Assembly: GCA_900552795.1 (NCBI GenBank)
Contig: USBB01000007.1
Location: forward strand, 1,753 to 65,752
DNA length: 64,000 nucleotides
Source of the DNA: an uncultured Eubacterium sp.
Lineage (GTDB): Bacteria > Bacillota > Clostridia > Lachnospirales > Lachnospiraceae
Direction: 5' to 3'
Position numbers and translations under genes: made by a program. Shown piece after piece: positions 30,973-41,737 of this stretch. The stretch's first letter is position 1; each line of letters opens with the position of its first letter. Under the pieces are notes generated by a model. That model was not told the DNA's origin, did no database searches, and was given only the letters and a program-made list of their open reading frames with translations.

Positions 30973-31140
30973 ATATTCTCCATCCCTGTTTCTTTCATAT
31001 CAATAAAATATATTGTACCATATTTCTTTTTGTATTTCACTAATAAATATGGTATAATTTCTTCAATAATTTAAAATGTATAAATTAAAATATAATATTT
31101 CAGAAAGGAAACAGGTTCTCCTGTTTTTGATTGCGTAACC

Positions 31141-32163
31141 ATGAAAAAAAGTAAATTCATAAAAATAATGATATTTTCCGCACTGATTATATGTATGGCA
31201 GTCGGTATATTTGTATATTTCAATTCCTCAAAATTTGAATATAATAATGAAAATGCTGTTGGCAACACAACCGGCAATCTAAATAACGGTGGACTTTTTT
31301 GCGAATATGACGGTAAAATTTATTTTGCAAATCCCTACGACAGCGATTATCTTTATGTTATGAACTCAGACTGTACCGAACCAAAGCATTTAAATAACGA
31401 CTGCGTAAGCTCGCTTAATGTATGCGGTAATTACATATATTATGTAAAAAACAATCTTTCACGCACGTCCATAGACTCTGATAACCGAAGCAACTTTTTC
31501 GGAGTATACAGAACCGATCTAAAAGGTCAGGAAGCAAAATCTCTGTATGAGACACTTTCAGGGATTTCAAGTCTTTCCGGAAACTACCTGTATTACCAGC
31601 ACTATGATGACTCTTCACCGCTGTGCCTGTATCGTGTAAAGATTGACGGAACTGAAGAAACAAAGGTTTCTGATACACCTTTTAATCCTTCAAGTATAAA
31701 TAATGGTAAAATTTACTATTCCGATCCTAATAATAAGAACAATATTACATCTTATGATACAAAAACAGGTTCGATAAGCTCTGTTTTCGGCGCCAACGCA
31801 TATCTTGTCGACGCTACCGATAACTATATTTATTACATTGACCTTGATAAAAACTATTCTCTTGTAAGATTGAACAGCAACACAAAAACTATAGAACTTT
31901 TGTATGAAGCAACTGACGGCAAAGTAATAAATTTCAACAGATACGGCAATAAAATTTTCTTTCAGGTTGAAGGCACCAATGCAGGCCTTTACAGAATGAA
32001 TATAAACGGAACGCAGATAGAAAAAATTGCTTCCGGCAATTTAAGACATGTTCACTGCACATCACAATATACATTTTTCCAGTATTATGAGGACAACCAA
32101 ACACTTTACCGCGTACCTACTACAGGCACATTTGTAAAAGTTGAAGAAATAACCATAAAATAA
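31141..32163 (+). CDS. Secreted DUF5050-like beta-propeller repeat protein
   Basis: Signal/TM start, then six or seven repeats of the N.IYY…LYR…DGT motif. Confidence 0.5.
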   Translation: MKKSKFIKIMIFSALIICMAVGIFVYFNSSKFEYNNENAVGNTTGNLNNGGLFCEYDGKIYFANPYDSDYLYVMNSDCTEPKHLNNDCVSSLNVCGNYIYYVKNNLSRTSIDSDNRSNFFGVYRTDLKGQEAKSLYETLSGISSLSGNYLYYQHYDDSSPLCLYRVKIDGTEETKVSDTPFNPSSINNGKIYYSDPNNKNNITSYDTKTGSISSVFGANAYLVDATDNYIYYIDLDKNYSLVRLNSNTKTIELLYEATDGKVINFNRYGNKIFFQVEGTNAGLYRMNINGTQIEKIASGNLRHVHCTSQYTFFQYYEDNQTLYRVPTTGTFVKVEEITIK

Positions 32164-32209
32164 TATATTTTATCATTTGTAAAACTCGTAAAGCAGCAAT
32201 CATTGTACT

Positions 32210-32659
32210 TTACGAGTTTTGTTTATTTCCGCACAAACTAAATATAGCCACACCTGCTACAGCTACTGCAATACCAAGAAGCTTCATCCATGAAAAATCT
32301 TTCTTCTCACTTCCAAACAGACCGAATAACTCAATAATATAAGCCACTGCAATCTGTGTTACAACTATAGTTATCTCAGCCTTCGCAACACCAAGTGTAG
32401 ACATTGCCTTGATTACCGTATATGTGATAAAAGCACCTATAACACCTCCAAGCAGTGCAATTTTAGGTTCTACACTAAAAACGCCCATTATCTCCGGTCT
32501 TCCATCAAACATCCACATAATTACACATGTTGCAAAAGCTGTAATCTGCACAAAACCTGCAGCAACCCATATACTGCTGCTCTTTGTAACGCCTGTATTA
32601 AAAACACCCTGAATACTCATCAGAGCACCTGACAGCATCGCAATTAAAAAACCTGCCAT
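32210..32659 (-). CDS. DMT-superfamily small membrane transporter (DUF606-like)
   Basis: 149 aa with four or five TM helices and EamA-like half-transporter character. Confidence 0.45.
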   Translation of the reverse strand: MAGFLIAMLSGALMSIQGVFNTGVTKSSSIWVAAGFVQITAFATCVIMWMFDGRPEIMGVFSVEPKIALLGGVIGAFITYTVIKAMSTLGVAKAEITIVVTQIAVAYIIELFGLFGSEKKDFSWMKLLGIAVAVAGVAIFSLCGNKQNS

Positions 32660-32730
32660 GACTTTACCTCCACATTAATATAACATAATATTAATATGCG
32701 TCATAAGCAGGTTATTTATTCCTTTTTTAT

Positions 32731-34047
32731 TTAATTTACATTTTCTTTGCTGTCTGTATCAGCACCGGCACCTGTATTTTCAATAACATCACCAGACTGC
32801 TCACCGCTGCTTTGCTGATTTAGTTCAATGCCAAGCATCGACAAATAATTATCTACAGCAGTTTCGGCATCCTCGCCGTCCCAGATTTTACGAAACATTA
32901 TCTCGTACCCTGAATATACATTTGCAGAACCGACAAATTTTGCCCTGATATCAGAATTTTCGTATGTATCATAAATAATTCCGAACGTCGAAGCAACCTT
33001 TTTATCAATATTTACTTTCTTTGCCGATATTTTTCCCGATGTATTAAACATTGCATTTGAATAATCATAACTTAACGCGTGAGCTACAGACTTTGCCACC
33101 TCAAGATTTCCCGCATATGAATTAACCACAGCAAGTGTCGTATCAGACAAATTTGTTATTTCCATATCATTTCCCATGGTTGGAATTTTGCATACTCCGT
33201 ATTCAATATCCGAATCTTCTATTGCTTTTAAATGATTTGCATCAACAATAGTATAAGCAAGCTTGCCCTCTGTAAACATTGATATACATGTATCCTGTGT
33301 AGTTTCAGACCTTTCTATGCCATAGACATCTCTTAACAATGCCACCTCATTCATAGCAGACTTAAGCCTTTCCGTATCAATATTTATCGCAGAGCTGTCC
33401 TCTCCATCTTCTCCTCCGGCCTGTATACTTCCGGCACTAAAGCCATAATTAAGCAGCATATCTGATACATCCCACGTAATAATCTGTGTTATATTTTTGT
33501 TTTCATCTGTCTGCTGAAAATTGTCACTAAACTCAGTAAGAGCATTAAATGTATCCTTTGGCTCAACTACACTCTTATTATACACCATAAATGAAGTATT
33601 GAAATTTACGGGATAACCATACAGCTTTCCATTATAGGACGCTGCTTTAAGAGCTGTTTTTGTATATTTCTTTTCGGTGTAATATTTATCGTATGTATTG
33701 TTTTGAGCTGCAAGACCAAGTTTGCAAATCTTAGACAGTTCATGCGCTGACACTAAATAAACATCTGCTATATTATCCTTATGAATACCCTGTTCATATA
33801 TTGTATCAACGTAGTCCTCACCGCTTACAAGCACCGGAACAACCGTCACAAGCTCATTTGCCTCATGAAATTTCTTTGCAACATACTCAAGATATCCGTT
33901 GTAGCTTTCATCTGTATACCACACATTTACAGATACCTTTTCCTCCACATTGAGGTTCTTTGCCGTATCGTTTTCATCACTTCTGCACGCACATAAATTA
34001 AATGTCATGACAAGAAGCATACAAATTGCAATAATTTTTTTATACAA
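32731..34047 (-). CDS. Lipoprotein, extracellular solute-binding protein (sugar ABC SBP family 1-like), orphan
   Basis: Lipobox LCAC, 438 aa periplasmic-binding-protein-like sequence. No cognate permease genes nearby. Confidence 0.5.
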   Translation of the reverse strand: MYKKIIAICMLLVMTFNLCACRSDENDTAKNLNVEEKVSVNVWYTDESYNGYLEYVAKKFHEANELVTVVPVLVSGEDYVDTIYEQGIHKDNIADVYLVSAHELSKICKLGLAAQNNTYDKYYTEKKYTKTALKAASYNGKLYGYPVNFNTSFMVYNKSVVEPKDTFNALTEFSDNFQQTDENKNITQIITWDVSDMLLNYGFSAGSIQAGGEDGEDSSAINIDTERLKSAMNEVALLRDVYGIERSETTQDTCISMFTEGKLAYTIVDANHLKAIEDSDIEYGVCKIPTMGNDMEITNLSDTTLAVVNSYAGNLEVAKSVAHALSYDYSNAMFNTSGKISAKKVNIDKKVASTFGIIYDTYENSDIRAKFVGSANVYSGYEIMFRKIWDGEDAETAVDNYLSMLGIELNQQSSGEQSGDVIENTGAGADTDSKENVN

Positions 34048-34075
34048 TATTATTTTTCACACTACCTTCCTAATT

Positions 34076-35275
34076 TTAGATATTTCTGCATGTATCAAGC
34101 GCTTCTCTTAATTTAATTATCATTAAATCAACGTCTTCCTTAGTAATTACAAGCGGCGGCACAAATCTTATTACATTAGTTCCTGCCGAAAACAGAATAA
34201 GACCGTTATCTAATGCCTGCGCAATCACATTTTTAGGATTTATTGACAGCTGAAGTCCCTGAATCAGGCCAAGCCCTCTTCTTTCCTCAACTATATCATA
34301 ATCAGCAACGATCTTTTCAAGCTCGTTTTTAAGATAATCTCCGACTACACGCACATTGTTAAGTACGTCAAGCTTGTCAAAAAGCTCAAAAACTTTTACA
34401 GCCGCTGCGCATGACAGCGGATTTCCACCGTAAGTACTTCCATGATCTCCCGGCACAAGTGCCTTTGCCACTTCATCTGTCGCAAGAAATGCTCCTACAG
34501 GCACACCACATCCCAACGCCTTTGCCACAGTAACTATATCAGGCTTTACTTCATACTGCTGATATGCAAACATTGAACCTGTTCTTCCCATTCCGCACTG
34601 GATTTCATCAAGTATCAGAAGTATTCCTCTCTCATCACAGAGCTTTCTTACACCTTCAATAAATTCCTTTGTTGCAGGATATACACCGCCCTCTCCTTGT
34701 ACAGTCTCAAATATAATAGCACATGTCTTATCATTTACAAGTGCCTTAACGCTATCGAGGTCATTAAACTGTGCAAATTTAATTCCCGGTATCATGGGTC
34801 CGAATGCTTCCCTGTAATGCTTATTTCCTGTAACAGCAAGCGCACCCATGCTTCTTCCGTGAAAAGAATGTTCCATTGCTATTATCTCATGGTCTGTCGA
34901 ACCTGTTTTAAGATAAGCATATTTTTTAGCAAGCTTTACTGCTCCCTCAACAGCCTCAGTACCGCTGTTTGTAAAGAACACTCTGTCCATTCCTGATGCT
35001 TTTGTAATTGCCTTTGCTGCCTGTGCTGCCGGCTCATTATAAAAATAGTTTGACGTATGTATAAGCTTATCAATCTGATTTTTTAATGTATCATTGTACT
35101 CTTTATTATTATATCCAAGTGCAAAAACCGCAATACCGGCACCGAAATCAAGATATTCTTTTCCGTTCTTATCATATAATCTTACACCATCACCTTTATC
35201 AAGAACAATCTGATATCGGTTGTATGTATGTATAAGATGCTCTTCTGCAGTCTCTATAATTTTATCTGTTTCCAT
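34076..35275 (-). CDS. argD: Acetylornithine aminotransferase
   Basis: Class III PLP aminotransferase with LILDEIQCGMGRTG and TVAKALG (PLP lysine). Confidence 0.85.
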   Translation of the reverse strand: METDKIIETAEEHLIHTYNRYQIVLDKGDGVRLYDKNGKEYLDFGAGIAVFALGYNNKEYNDTLKNQIDKLIHTSNYFYNEPAAQAAKAITKASGMDRVFFTNSGTEAVEGAVKLAKKYAYLKTGSTDHEIIAMEHSFHGRSMGALAVTGNKHYREAFGPMIPGIKFAQFNDLDSVKALVNDKTCAIIFETVQGEGGVYPATKEFIEGVRKLCDERGILLILDEIQCGMGRTGSMFAYQQYEVKPDIVTVAKALGCGVPVGAFLATDEVAKALVPGDHGSTYGGNPLSCAAAVKVFELFDKLDVLNNVRVVGDYLKNELEKIVADYDIVEERRGLGLIQGLQLSINPKNVIAQALDNGLILFSAGTNVIRFVPPLVITKEDVDLMIIKLREALDTCRNI

Positions 35276-35280
35276 ATTTA

Positions 35281-36177
35281 TTAATCTCCATTCTCGTAAA
35301 AATGCTGTGCATCCTTACCTAATATAGCTGTTCCAATTCCTTTATTTGTAAATATTTCCAGCAAAAGACAGTGCGGAATACGTCCATCAAGAATATGTAC
35401 CCTTGATACACCATTTTCAATTGCATCAATGCAGTTATTAAGCTTAGGAAGCATTCCTCCGCCTATAGTTCCGCCATCAAGAAGTTCTCTGGCCTGACTT
35501 ATTGTAAGCTCAGATATAAGACTGCTCTTATCATTATAATCTCTGTAAACTCCCTCAATATCTGTAAGAAAAGCAAGCTTCTCGGCGTTAACCGCACGCG
35601 CAATGGCACAAGCTGCATCATCTGCATTTATGTTATATGAATGAAAATCATCATCATATCCTATAGGGCATATAACAGGAAGAAAATCATCTTTTAAAAG
35701 AGCATGTATAATAGTTGTATCTACTTCCTTAACCTCGCCTACATATCCTATATCTTCACCGTTTGAAAATTTCTTCTCAACCTTTAACATTCCGCCATCC
35801 TTGCCGCTTATTCCGCAAGCCTTTATACCCAGTGCCTCAATAAGAGAAACAAGACTTTTATTAACTTTATTAAGCACCATCTCGGCAATTTCCATTGTAG
35901 GTTCATCTGTAACTCTAAGACCATTTACAAATCTTGGTTCCATTCCGGATTTCTCAACCCATTTGCTTATTTCCTTGCCACCGCCATGTACTATTATAGG
36001 CTTAAATCCGACAAGCTTAAGCAATACAACGTCCTGTATAACCTTTCTTTTAAGCTCCTCGTCAACCATTGCGCTGCCGCCATACTTAACAACTATTATC
36101 TTTCTGTTGAATTTCTGTATATAAGGCAGTGCTTCAATAAGTATCTGTGCTTTCTTTAATTCGTCATTCATCTCCAT
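35281..36177 (-). CDS. argB: Acetylglutamate kinase
   Basis: AAK family; VVKYGGSAM and HGGG motifs. Confidence 0.9.
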   Translation of the reverse strand: MEMNDELKKAQILIEALPYIQKFNRKIIVVKYGGSAMVDEELKRKVIQDVVLLKLVGFKPIIVHGGGKEISKWVEKSGMEPRFVNGLRVTDEPTMEIAEMVLNKVNKSLVSLIEALGIKACGISGKDGGMLKVEKKFSNGEDIGYVGEVKEVDTTIIHALLKDDFLPVICPIGYDDDFHSYNINADDAACAIARAVNAEKLAFLTDIEGVYRDYNDKSSLISELTISQARELLDGGTIGGGMLPKLNNCIDAIENGVSRVHILDGRIPHCLLLEIFTNKGIGTAILGKDAQHFYENGD

Positions 36178-36221
36178 TACTCTGTTTTCCTTTCACAATA
36201 TATTTATGATTACAGTATTAA

Positions 36222-37457
36222 TTATGAACGATAATCCGCATTTATCTTAACATAGTCAAATGTAAGGTCACATCCCCATGCAGTAGCTCTTTCAGTTCCC
36301 TGTTTTATATCAGCTATGGCTGTCACAGGATTTTTCGAAAGTATTTCCGTAGCTTTCTGTTCACTATAATCTGTGGCTGTTCCGTTCTCTACGATTTTTA
36401 ACTTTCCTGCTTCACTCTCAAAATAAATATCCACAAGTTCAGGGTCAAAATCTGCTCCCGAATACCCCATCGCACAAAGAATTCTTCCCCAGTTGGCATC
36501 ATGGCCGAAGATTGCAGCCTTTGTAAGGCTTGAGGTAATCACTGACTTTGCAAGTGTACGTGCCTGCTGTTTTGTGGCAGCGTTAATAACCTTTGCCTCA
36601 AAAAGACATGTACATCCCTCACCATCACCTGCAATCTTTTTAGAAAGTTCGGTCAGGACATAGCTAAGTGCCTCATAAAATGTATTATAATCGTCTCCTT
36701 CACTCTCAATCAACTGATTCTGGCTCATTCCGTTTGCAAGCACAAGCACAGTGTCATTTGTTGATGTATCTCCGTCAACAGAAATCATATTAAATGAATC
36801 TTCAACTATAGCACTTGTCATTTTCTGCAGCATATTTTTTGAAATTGCAGCATCTGTAGTTACAAAACAAAGCATTGTAGCCATATTTGGGTGTATCATG
36901 CCTGCGCCCTTACACATGCCTCCGACTGTTACGTCCTTACCTCCTATATTTACCTTACATGCAACCTCCTTTGCACATGTATCGGTAGTCATAATTGCTT
37001 CCGCCGCCTGTGTCCCTGCCTCCAAAGACTCACTTAAGCTTTCAGGAAGCACTTCTATACCACTGCAAATTATATCCATCGGAAGCTGTTTTCCTATAAC
37101 ACCTGTAGAAGCTATTAATACTTCTTGACTTTTAATTCCAAGCTTTGCTGCTGCTGCATGAGCCTCTTTACTACAGGCTTCATCCCCCTCTGCTCCTGTG
37201 CAGGCATTTGCAACGCCGCTGTTAATCACTATAGCATGAGCCTCATTTGTATTATACACAATATTTTTATCCCATTTTACAGGTGCCGCAAAAACCTTGT
37301 TAGTTGTGAATGTTCCTGCAGTAACACATGGTTTTTCACTAAAAACCATCGCCATATCTTTTTTTTCGTTATTTTTAATACCTGCGTTAACTCCTGCTGC
37401 CTTAAATCCCAATGCAGCAGTAACGCCTCCTTTAATTATTTCCATACTAATCTCCAT
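36222..37457 (-). CDS. argJ: Bifunctional glutamate N-acetyltransferase / amino-acid acetyltransferase
   Basis: ArgJ self-cleavage site ATMLCFVTTDA. Confidence 0.9.
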   Translation of the reverse strand: MEISMEIIKGGVTAALGFKAAGVNAGIKNNEKKDMAMVFSEKPCVTAGTFTTNKVFAAPVKWDKNIVYNTNEAHAIVINSGVANACTGAEGDEACSKEAHAAAAKLGIKSQEVLIASTGVIGKQLPMDIICSGIEVLPESLSESLEAGTQAAEAIMTTDTCAKEVACKVNIGGKDVTVGGMCKGAGMIHPNMATMLCFVTTDAAISKNMLQKMTSAIVEDSFNMISVDGDTSTNDTVLVLANGMSQNQLIESEGDDYNTFYEALSYVLTELSKKIAGDGEGCTCLFEAKVINAATKQQARTLAKSVITSSLTKAAIFGHDANWGRILCAMGYSGADFDPELVDIYFESEAGKLKIVENGTATDYSEQKATEILSKNPVTAIADIKQGTERATAWGCDLTFDYVKINADYRS

Positions 37458-37483
37458 TCCGCAGTAATTTTATTGTAATCATT

Positions 37484-38530
37484 TTATGGGAACAATGGAA
37501 CCATCTTAAGGCCCTCGTTTTCAGGCAACCCAAACAAAAGATTCATATTCTGAACAGCCTGTCCTGCTGCACCCTTAACAAGATTATCCAATGCACCCAT
37601 CATTATAAGCCTGTTTGTCCTCGGCTCTATCTTAAAGCCTATATCTACAAAATTACTGCCCTCAACCCAGCGTGTCTCCGGACACACATCCTTTTCAAGC
37701 ACTCTTATAAAAAATTCATTTCCATAATATTTATCGTATATTGCCTTAACCTCATCATATGTAACGCACTTTTTTAGGTTTGCATATGATGTCACAAGAA
37801 TACCCCTGTTCATCGGAACAAGATGCGGAGTGAATATAAGCTTTATATCATTTCTGCCGCATGCGTATCCGAGCTGCTCCTCTATCTCAGGTGTATGTCT
37901 GTGAGTTCCGACACCATAAGCTTTCATGCTCTCATTTACCTCACAGAAAAGATTAGGCACCTTTGCACCTCTTCCTGCTCCTGATGTACCGCTTTTTGCA
38001 TCAATTATTATGCTGTCAGGGTCAATGATTCCTTCTTTTACCATAGGATACAATGTAAGAATTGATGTCGTTGTATAACATCCCGGATTTGCTATAATTC
38101 TTGTATTTTCATTAATCTTATCCCTGTTTATCTCACACAGTCCATAAACAGCTTCATCTATATATTTCGGCGCTTTGTGTGTAATTTTATACCATTCCTC
38201 ATACACATTTACATCCTTAAGTCTGAAGTCAGCGCTTAAATCTATAATCTTTACTTTATTTAAAATATCATCGTTTACAAGTGAAGCGCATAAGCCCTGC
38301 GGAGTCGCTGTAAAAATAACATCAACTGCCTCTGCAAGCTCTTCCATATTATCATCCATACATACGTTATCTACAAGCTGAAACATATTTCTGTATACAT
38401 CTGCATATTTCTGGTCTATGTAACTTCTTGAACCGAACCACACTATCTCTACATCCTTATGTCCCAAAAGAATTCTCACCAGCTCATTTCCGGCATATCC
38501 TGTAGAACCGATTATACCAGCCTTTATCAT
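37484..38530 (-). CDS. argC: N-acetyl-gamma-glutamyl-phosphate reductase
   Basis: IIGSTGYAGNELVR N-terminus and catalytic Cys region NPGCYTT. Confidence 0.9.
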   Translation of the reverse strand: MIKAGIIGSTGYAGNELVRILLGHKDVEIVWFGSRSYIDQKYADVYRNMFQLVDNVCMDDNMEELAEAVDVIFTATPQGLCASLVNDDILNKVKIIDLSADFRLKDVNVYEEWYKITHKAPKYIDEAVYGLCEINRDKINENTRIIANPGCYTTTSILTLYPMVKEGIIDPDSIIIDAKSGTSGAGRGAKVPNLFCEVNESMKAYGVGTHRHTPEIEEQLGYACGRNDIKLIFTPHLVPMNRGILVTSYANLKKCVTYDEVKAIYDKYYGNEFFIRVLEKDVCPETRWVEGSNFVDIGFKIEPRTNRLIMMGALDNLVKGAAGQAVQNMNLLFGLPENEGLKMVPLFP

Positions 38531-38769
38531 AAATATTCCTCCATTCCGAATACTTTCTAAACTTAAACTTCATTATAACAACTTTTTTTCTGATGTAAAG
38601 ACCTATTTGCATATTTTTTATATTTATACATAAATAGTGTATATTTTTACATAATATCAGCTTTTTACTATTGCATTTTAACTTTATTTGGATTATTATA
38701 AGGTTCAGAGATTTTCCGGACTGAACCGGATGATAAAATATCTATAATACATATAGGAGGACTTTCAAT

Positions 38770-39981
38770 ATGAAAGAAAAAGTTATTCTCGCTTACTCAG
38801 GCGGACTTGACACTACAGCTATTATTCCTTGGCTTAAGGAAAACTTTGACTATGAAGTAATCTGTGTATGCGCAGACTGCGGACAGGAAGAGGAGCTTGA
38901 CGGTCTCGAAGAAAGAGCTATTTCATGCGGGGCTTCTAAGTTATATATCGAAGACTTAACTGATGAATTCTGTGACGATTACATTGTTCCATGTGTTCAG
39001 GCTCACGCTGTTTATGAAAATAAATATCTTCTTGGTACTTCTATGGCAAGACCGCTTATTGCAAAAAGACTTGTTGAAATTGCAAGAAAAGAGGGTGCTA
39101 CTGCTATATGCCACGGTGCTACAGGAAAAGGAAATGACCAGATCCGTTTTGAGCTTACAATAAAGGCTTTGGCTCCTGACATTAAGATTATAGCTGCATG
39201 GAGAAATGAAAAATGGACAATGAATTCACGTGAGGAAGAAATCGAATACTGCAGACAGCACGGTATCAATCTTCCATTTTCAGCAGATACAAGCTACAGT
39301 CGTGACCGTAATATCTGGCACATAAGCCATGAAGGTCTTGAGCTTGAAGATCCTGCAAATGAGCCAAATTATGATCATCTTCTTGTACTTGGAACAACTC
39401 CTGAAAAAGCTCCTGATGAGGGTGAGTATGTTACAATGACTTTTGAAAAAGGTGTTCCTAAGACAGTTAATGGAAAGGCTATGAAAGTTTCAGATATCAT
39501 AAGGGAACTTAACAGAATCGGCGGAAAGCACGGTATCGGTATTATTGATATTGTCGAAAATCGTGTTGTAGGTATGAAATCTCGAGGTGTATATGAAACA
39601 CCTGGCGGAACTATTCTTTATGAAGCACATCAGCAGCTTGAAGAGCTTGTTCTTGACAGAGATACAACAACTATGAAGCTTGACATGGGAAACAAATTTG
39701 CTCAGATAGTATATGAAGGAAAATGGGAAACACCTCTTCGTGAAGCTGTTCAGGCATTCATCGAAAAGACTCAGGAAAAGGTAACGGGCGAGGTTAAATT
39801 TAAGCTTTACAAAGGAAATATAATAAAAGCAGGCACAACTTCTCCATATTCACTTTACAATGAATCAATCGCATCATTTACAACAGGTGACCTTTATGAC
39901 CACCATGATGCCGAAGGCTTCATCAATCTCTTCGGTCTCTCATTAAAGGTACGCGCAATGAAAGATCAGGAAAATAAATAA
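38770..39981 (+). CDS. argG: Argininosuccinate synthase
   Basis: [14 protein letters not shown]-loop. Divergent from argCJBD. Confidence 0.9.
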   Translation: MKEKVILAYSGGLDTTAIIPWLKENFDYEVICVCADCGQEEELDGLEERAISCGASKLYIEDLTDEFCDDYIVPCVQAHAVYENKYLLGTSMARPLIAKRLVEIARKEGATAICHGATGKGNDQIRFELTIKALAPDIKIIAAWRNEKWTMNSREEEIEYCRQHGINLPFSADTSYSRDRNIWHISHEGLELEDPANEPNYDHLLVLGTTPEKAPDEGEYVTMTFEKGVPKTVNGKAMKVSDIIRELNRIGGKHGIGIIDIVENRVVGMKSRGVYETPGGTILYEAHQQLEELVLDRDTTTMKLDMGNKFAQIVYEGKWETPLREAVQAFIEKTQEKVTGEVKFKLYKGNIIKAGTTSPYSLYNESIASFTTGDLYDHHDAEGFINLFGLSLKVRAMKDQENK

Positions 39982-40022
39982 ATAAAATAAGAAATTTCAT
40001 AGAATTTCCTATATAATAAAAG

Positions 40023-40073
40023 AGCATCACTCATGTCAGATAATTTCAAATCTGCATGAGTGATGCTTTTTTA
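40023..40073 (+). terminator. Intrinsic terminator of argG
   Basis: 13 bp perfect stem AGCATCACTCATG/CATGAGTGATGCT followed by TTTTTT. Confidence 0.8.
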
Positions 40074-40082
40074 TAAATAATT

Positions 40083-40145
40083 AAGGTCATTCCCCCACTA
40101 CCCTGCAGGCACAAGTGAGCTCAAGACCTTTTGACACTGTAATTT
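40083..40145 (+). repeat. Copy B of the dispersed palindromic repeat (core CAAGACCTTTTGACACTGTAAT)
   Basis: AAGGTC-attcccccactaCCCTGCAGGcacaagtgagctca-AGACCTT-TTGACACTGTAAT. It is the reverse complement of the copy at 26612-26680. Confidence 0.6.
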
Positions 40146-40161
40146 TATAAACTAATCTATG

Positions 40162-41724
40162 TTAATCCAATAAATCAAGCTTTTCCAAGACAAATTCCAA
40201 AATATTCTTTTCGTCTACCACTACCTTGGCATTACAAGCCATTCCGTTTATAATGCTTCCTGTTTTTCCATCCTTATTTGTGACAGTTGTCTGGTCGCAT
40301 CTAACCTTTACGAGATAATATGCGCTTCCCGAATTCTGGTTTACTTTAATGTCTTTTGAAATTGATTCAATATTTCCCGTAAAATAACCGTATTCATTTG
40401 ATGGATATGCCGCAATCTCAAACTTTACTTCCTGTCCCTCTTTAAGCTTTGCAATATCCTGATTTTCCACATAAATTTCAGCATAATATCCTTTTGTATT
40501 TTCAGGAAGAATCTGACATACAGCGGTTCCCTGCGCAATATAATTTCCCTCTGTAATCTCCTGCAGCATATAAATATATCCTGACCTCTGTGCCATTACA
40601 GTTGCCTTACCGCTCTCTGAATCATACTGCTTAAGTATATTCTCACATTCTCTTTTTTTATCATTAAAGCTAAGTATCTCTGCCGCCACGCTTTGCTTTT
40701 CAGTAAGAATATTAATATCTCCGCTGCTATTACCGCTTTCATTAATTACCTTTAACTTATCTTTAAGCGCTGACAAACTGTTTTCTGCCGCACTTAAAGT
40801 CTCCTTAACAGTTGTAATCTGCTGTTCTACAACTGATATCTGCTGAAGTTCCAAATTGTCGAGAGTTATCTTTTTCTCGCCTGAAAGTCTGCTTATTACA
40901 TTCTTACAATCCTCAAGCTGCTTTTTAATGCTTTCGACATCTATACTTCCGGAAGTCTGCCCATCATTTATCTTATTATCAAGCGCCTCCTTTTGCTTTT
41001 CATAATCAGCTATCTGAGTATCATACTGCGCGGCAGTCAAATTATATTTCGCTATATAACTGCTTACCAGCGTCTCATAATAGCTTTCAGACGATGAAAA
41101 ACTGTTATTTCTGTTCTTAACACACTGTTCTGCCTGTTCTAATTTGCTTATCTGCTGCTCACAGCTATTTTTCTGACTTTTAATGCTGTTTATCTCATTT
41201 TGTAGCTGCTCTTTTTGCTTATAAATTTCTGTATCAGTATTTTTACCGGCTGACGCAAGCTTCTCTTTTTTTATTTCAAATTCCTTATAATATTTATTAT
41301 CCTCATGCGCATTTAACGCAGCATTTTCACCATTTAAATATCTCTCATACGCCTTTAGTATTTCAATACGGTCCGTTATATCATCATATAAAACTTCCTG
41401 CGCTTTAACCTCATTTTCAATAGAGGAATCAGCGTCTACGGTAAATAAAATATCTCCCTCATTTACATACTGCCCCTCTTCTATATTACACGATGAAATT
41501 TGACCATTTATACCGACACTTACATTAACTGCGCTCTCCTCACTTCTAAATATTCCGCTGCTCTTTACAACAATATCCATCTTTGAAAACCACATCCAGC
41601 CAACTGCTGTAATAAGTAATACTGCCAATATATAAATCAAATACACCATAAAAGGGTTAGGCTTTGATTCGTATACCTCAACACTGTCACTAATATCGGT
41701 CATATCCACTATAATAGGTTTCAC
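40162..41724 (-). CDS. HlyD-family bacteriocin export accessory protein
   Basis: Single N-terminal TM segment, long coiled-coil, and C-terminal beta-barrel region. Directly follows the C39-ABC gene. Confidence 0.8.
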   Translation of the reverse strand: MKPIIVDMTDISDSVEVYESKPNPFMVYLIYILAVLLITAVGWMWFSKMDIVVKSSGIFRSEESAVNVSVGINGQISSCNIEEGQYVNEGDILFTVDADSSIENEVKAQEVLYDDITDRIEILKAYERYLNGENAALNAHEDNKYYKEFEIKKEKLASAGKNTDTEIYKQKEQLQNEINSIKSQKNSCEQQISKLEQAEQCVKNRNNSFSSSESYYETLVSSYIAKYNLTAAQYDTQIADYEKQKEALDNKINDGQTSGSIDVESIKKQLEDCKNVISRLSGEKKITLDNLELQQISVVEQQITTVKETLSAAENSLSALKDKLKVINESGNSSGDINILTEKQSVAAEILSFNDKKRECENILKQYDSESGKATVMAQRSGYIYMLQEITEGNYIAQGTAVCQILPENTKGYYAEIYVENQDIAKLKEGQEVKFEIAAYPSNEYGYFTGNIESISKDIKVNQNSGSAYYLVKVRCDQTTVTNKDGKTGSIINGMACNAKVVVDEKNILEFVLEKLDLLD

Positions 41725-41737
41725 AAATATCCCCCTC

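Noticed and set aside
38531-38769. ARG-box (ArgR operator) in the argC/argG divergent region
   Set aside because: Only weak half-site matches (TTTGCATATTTTTTATAT) to the 18 bp TnTGAATwwwwATTCAnA consensus. A hairpin GGTTCAG…CTGAACC is present but not diagnostic.
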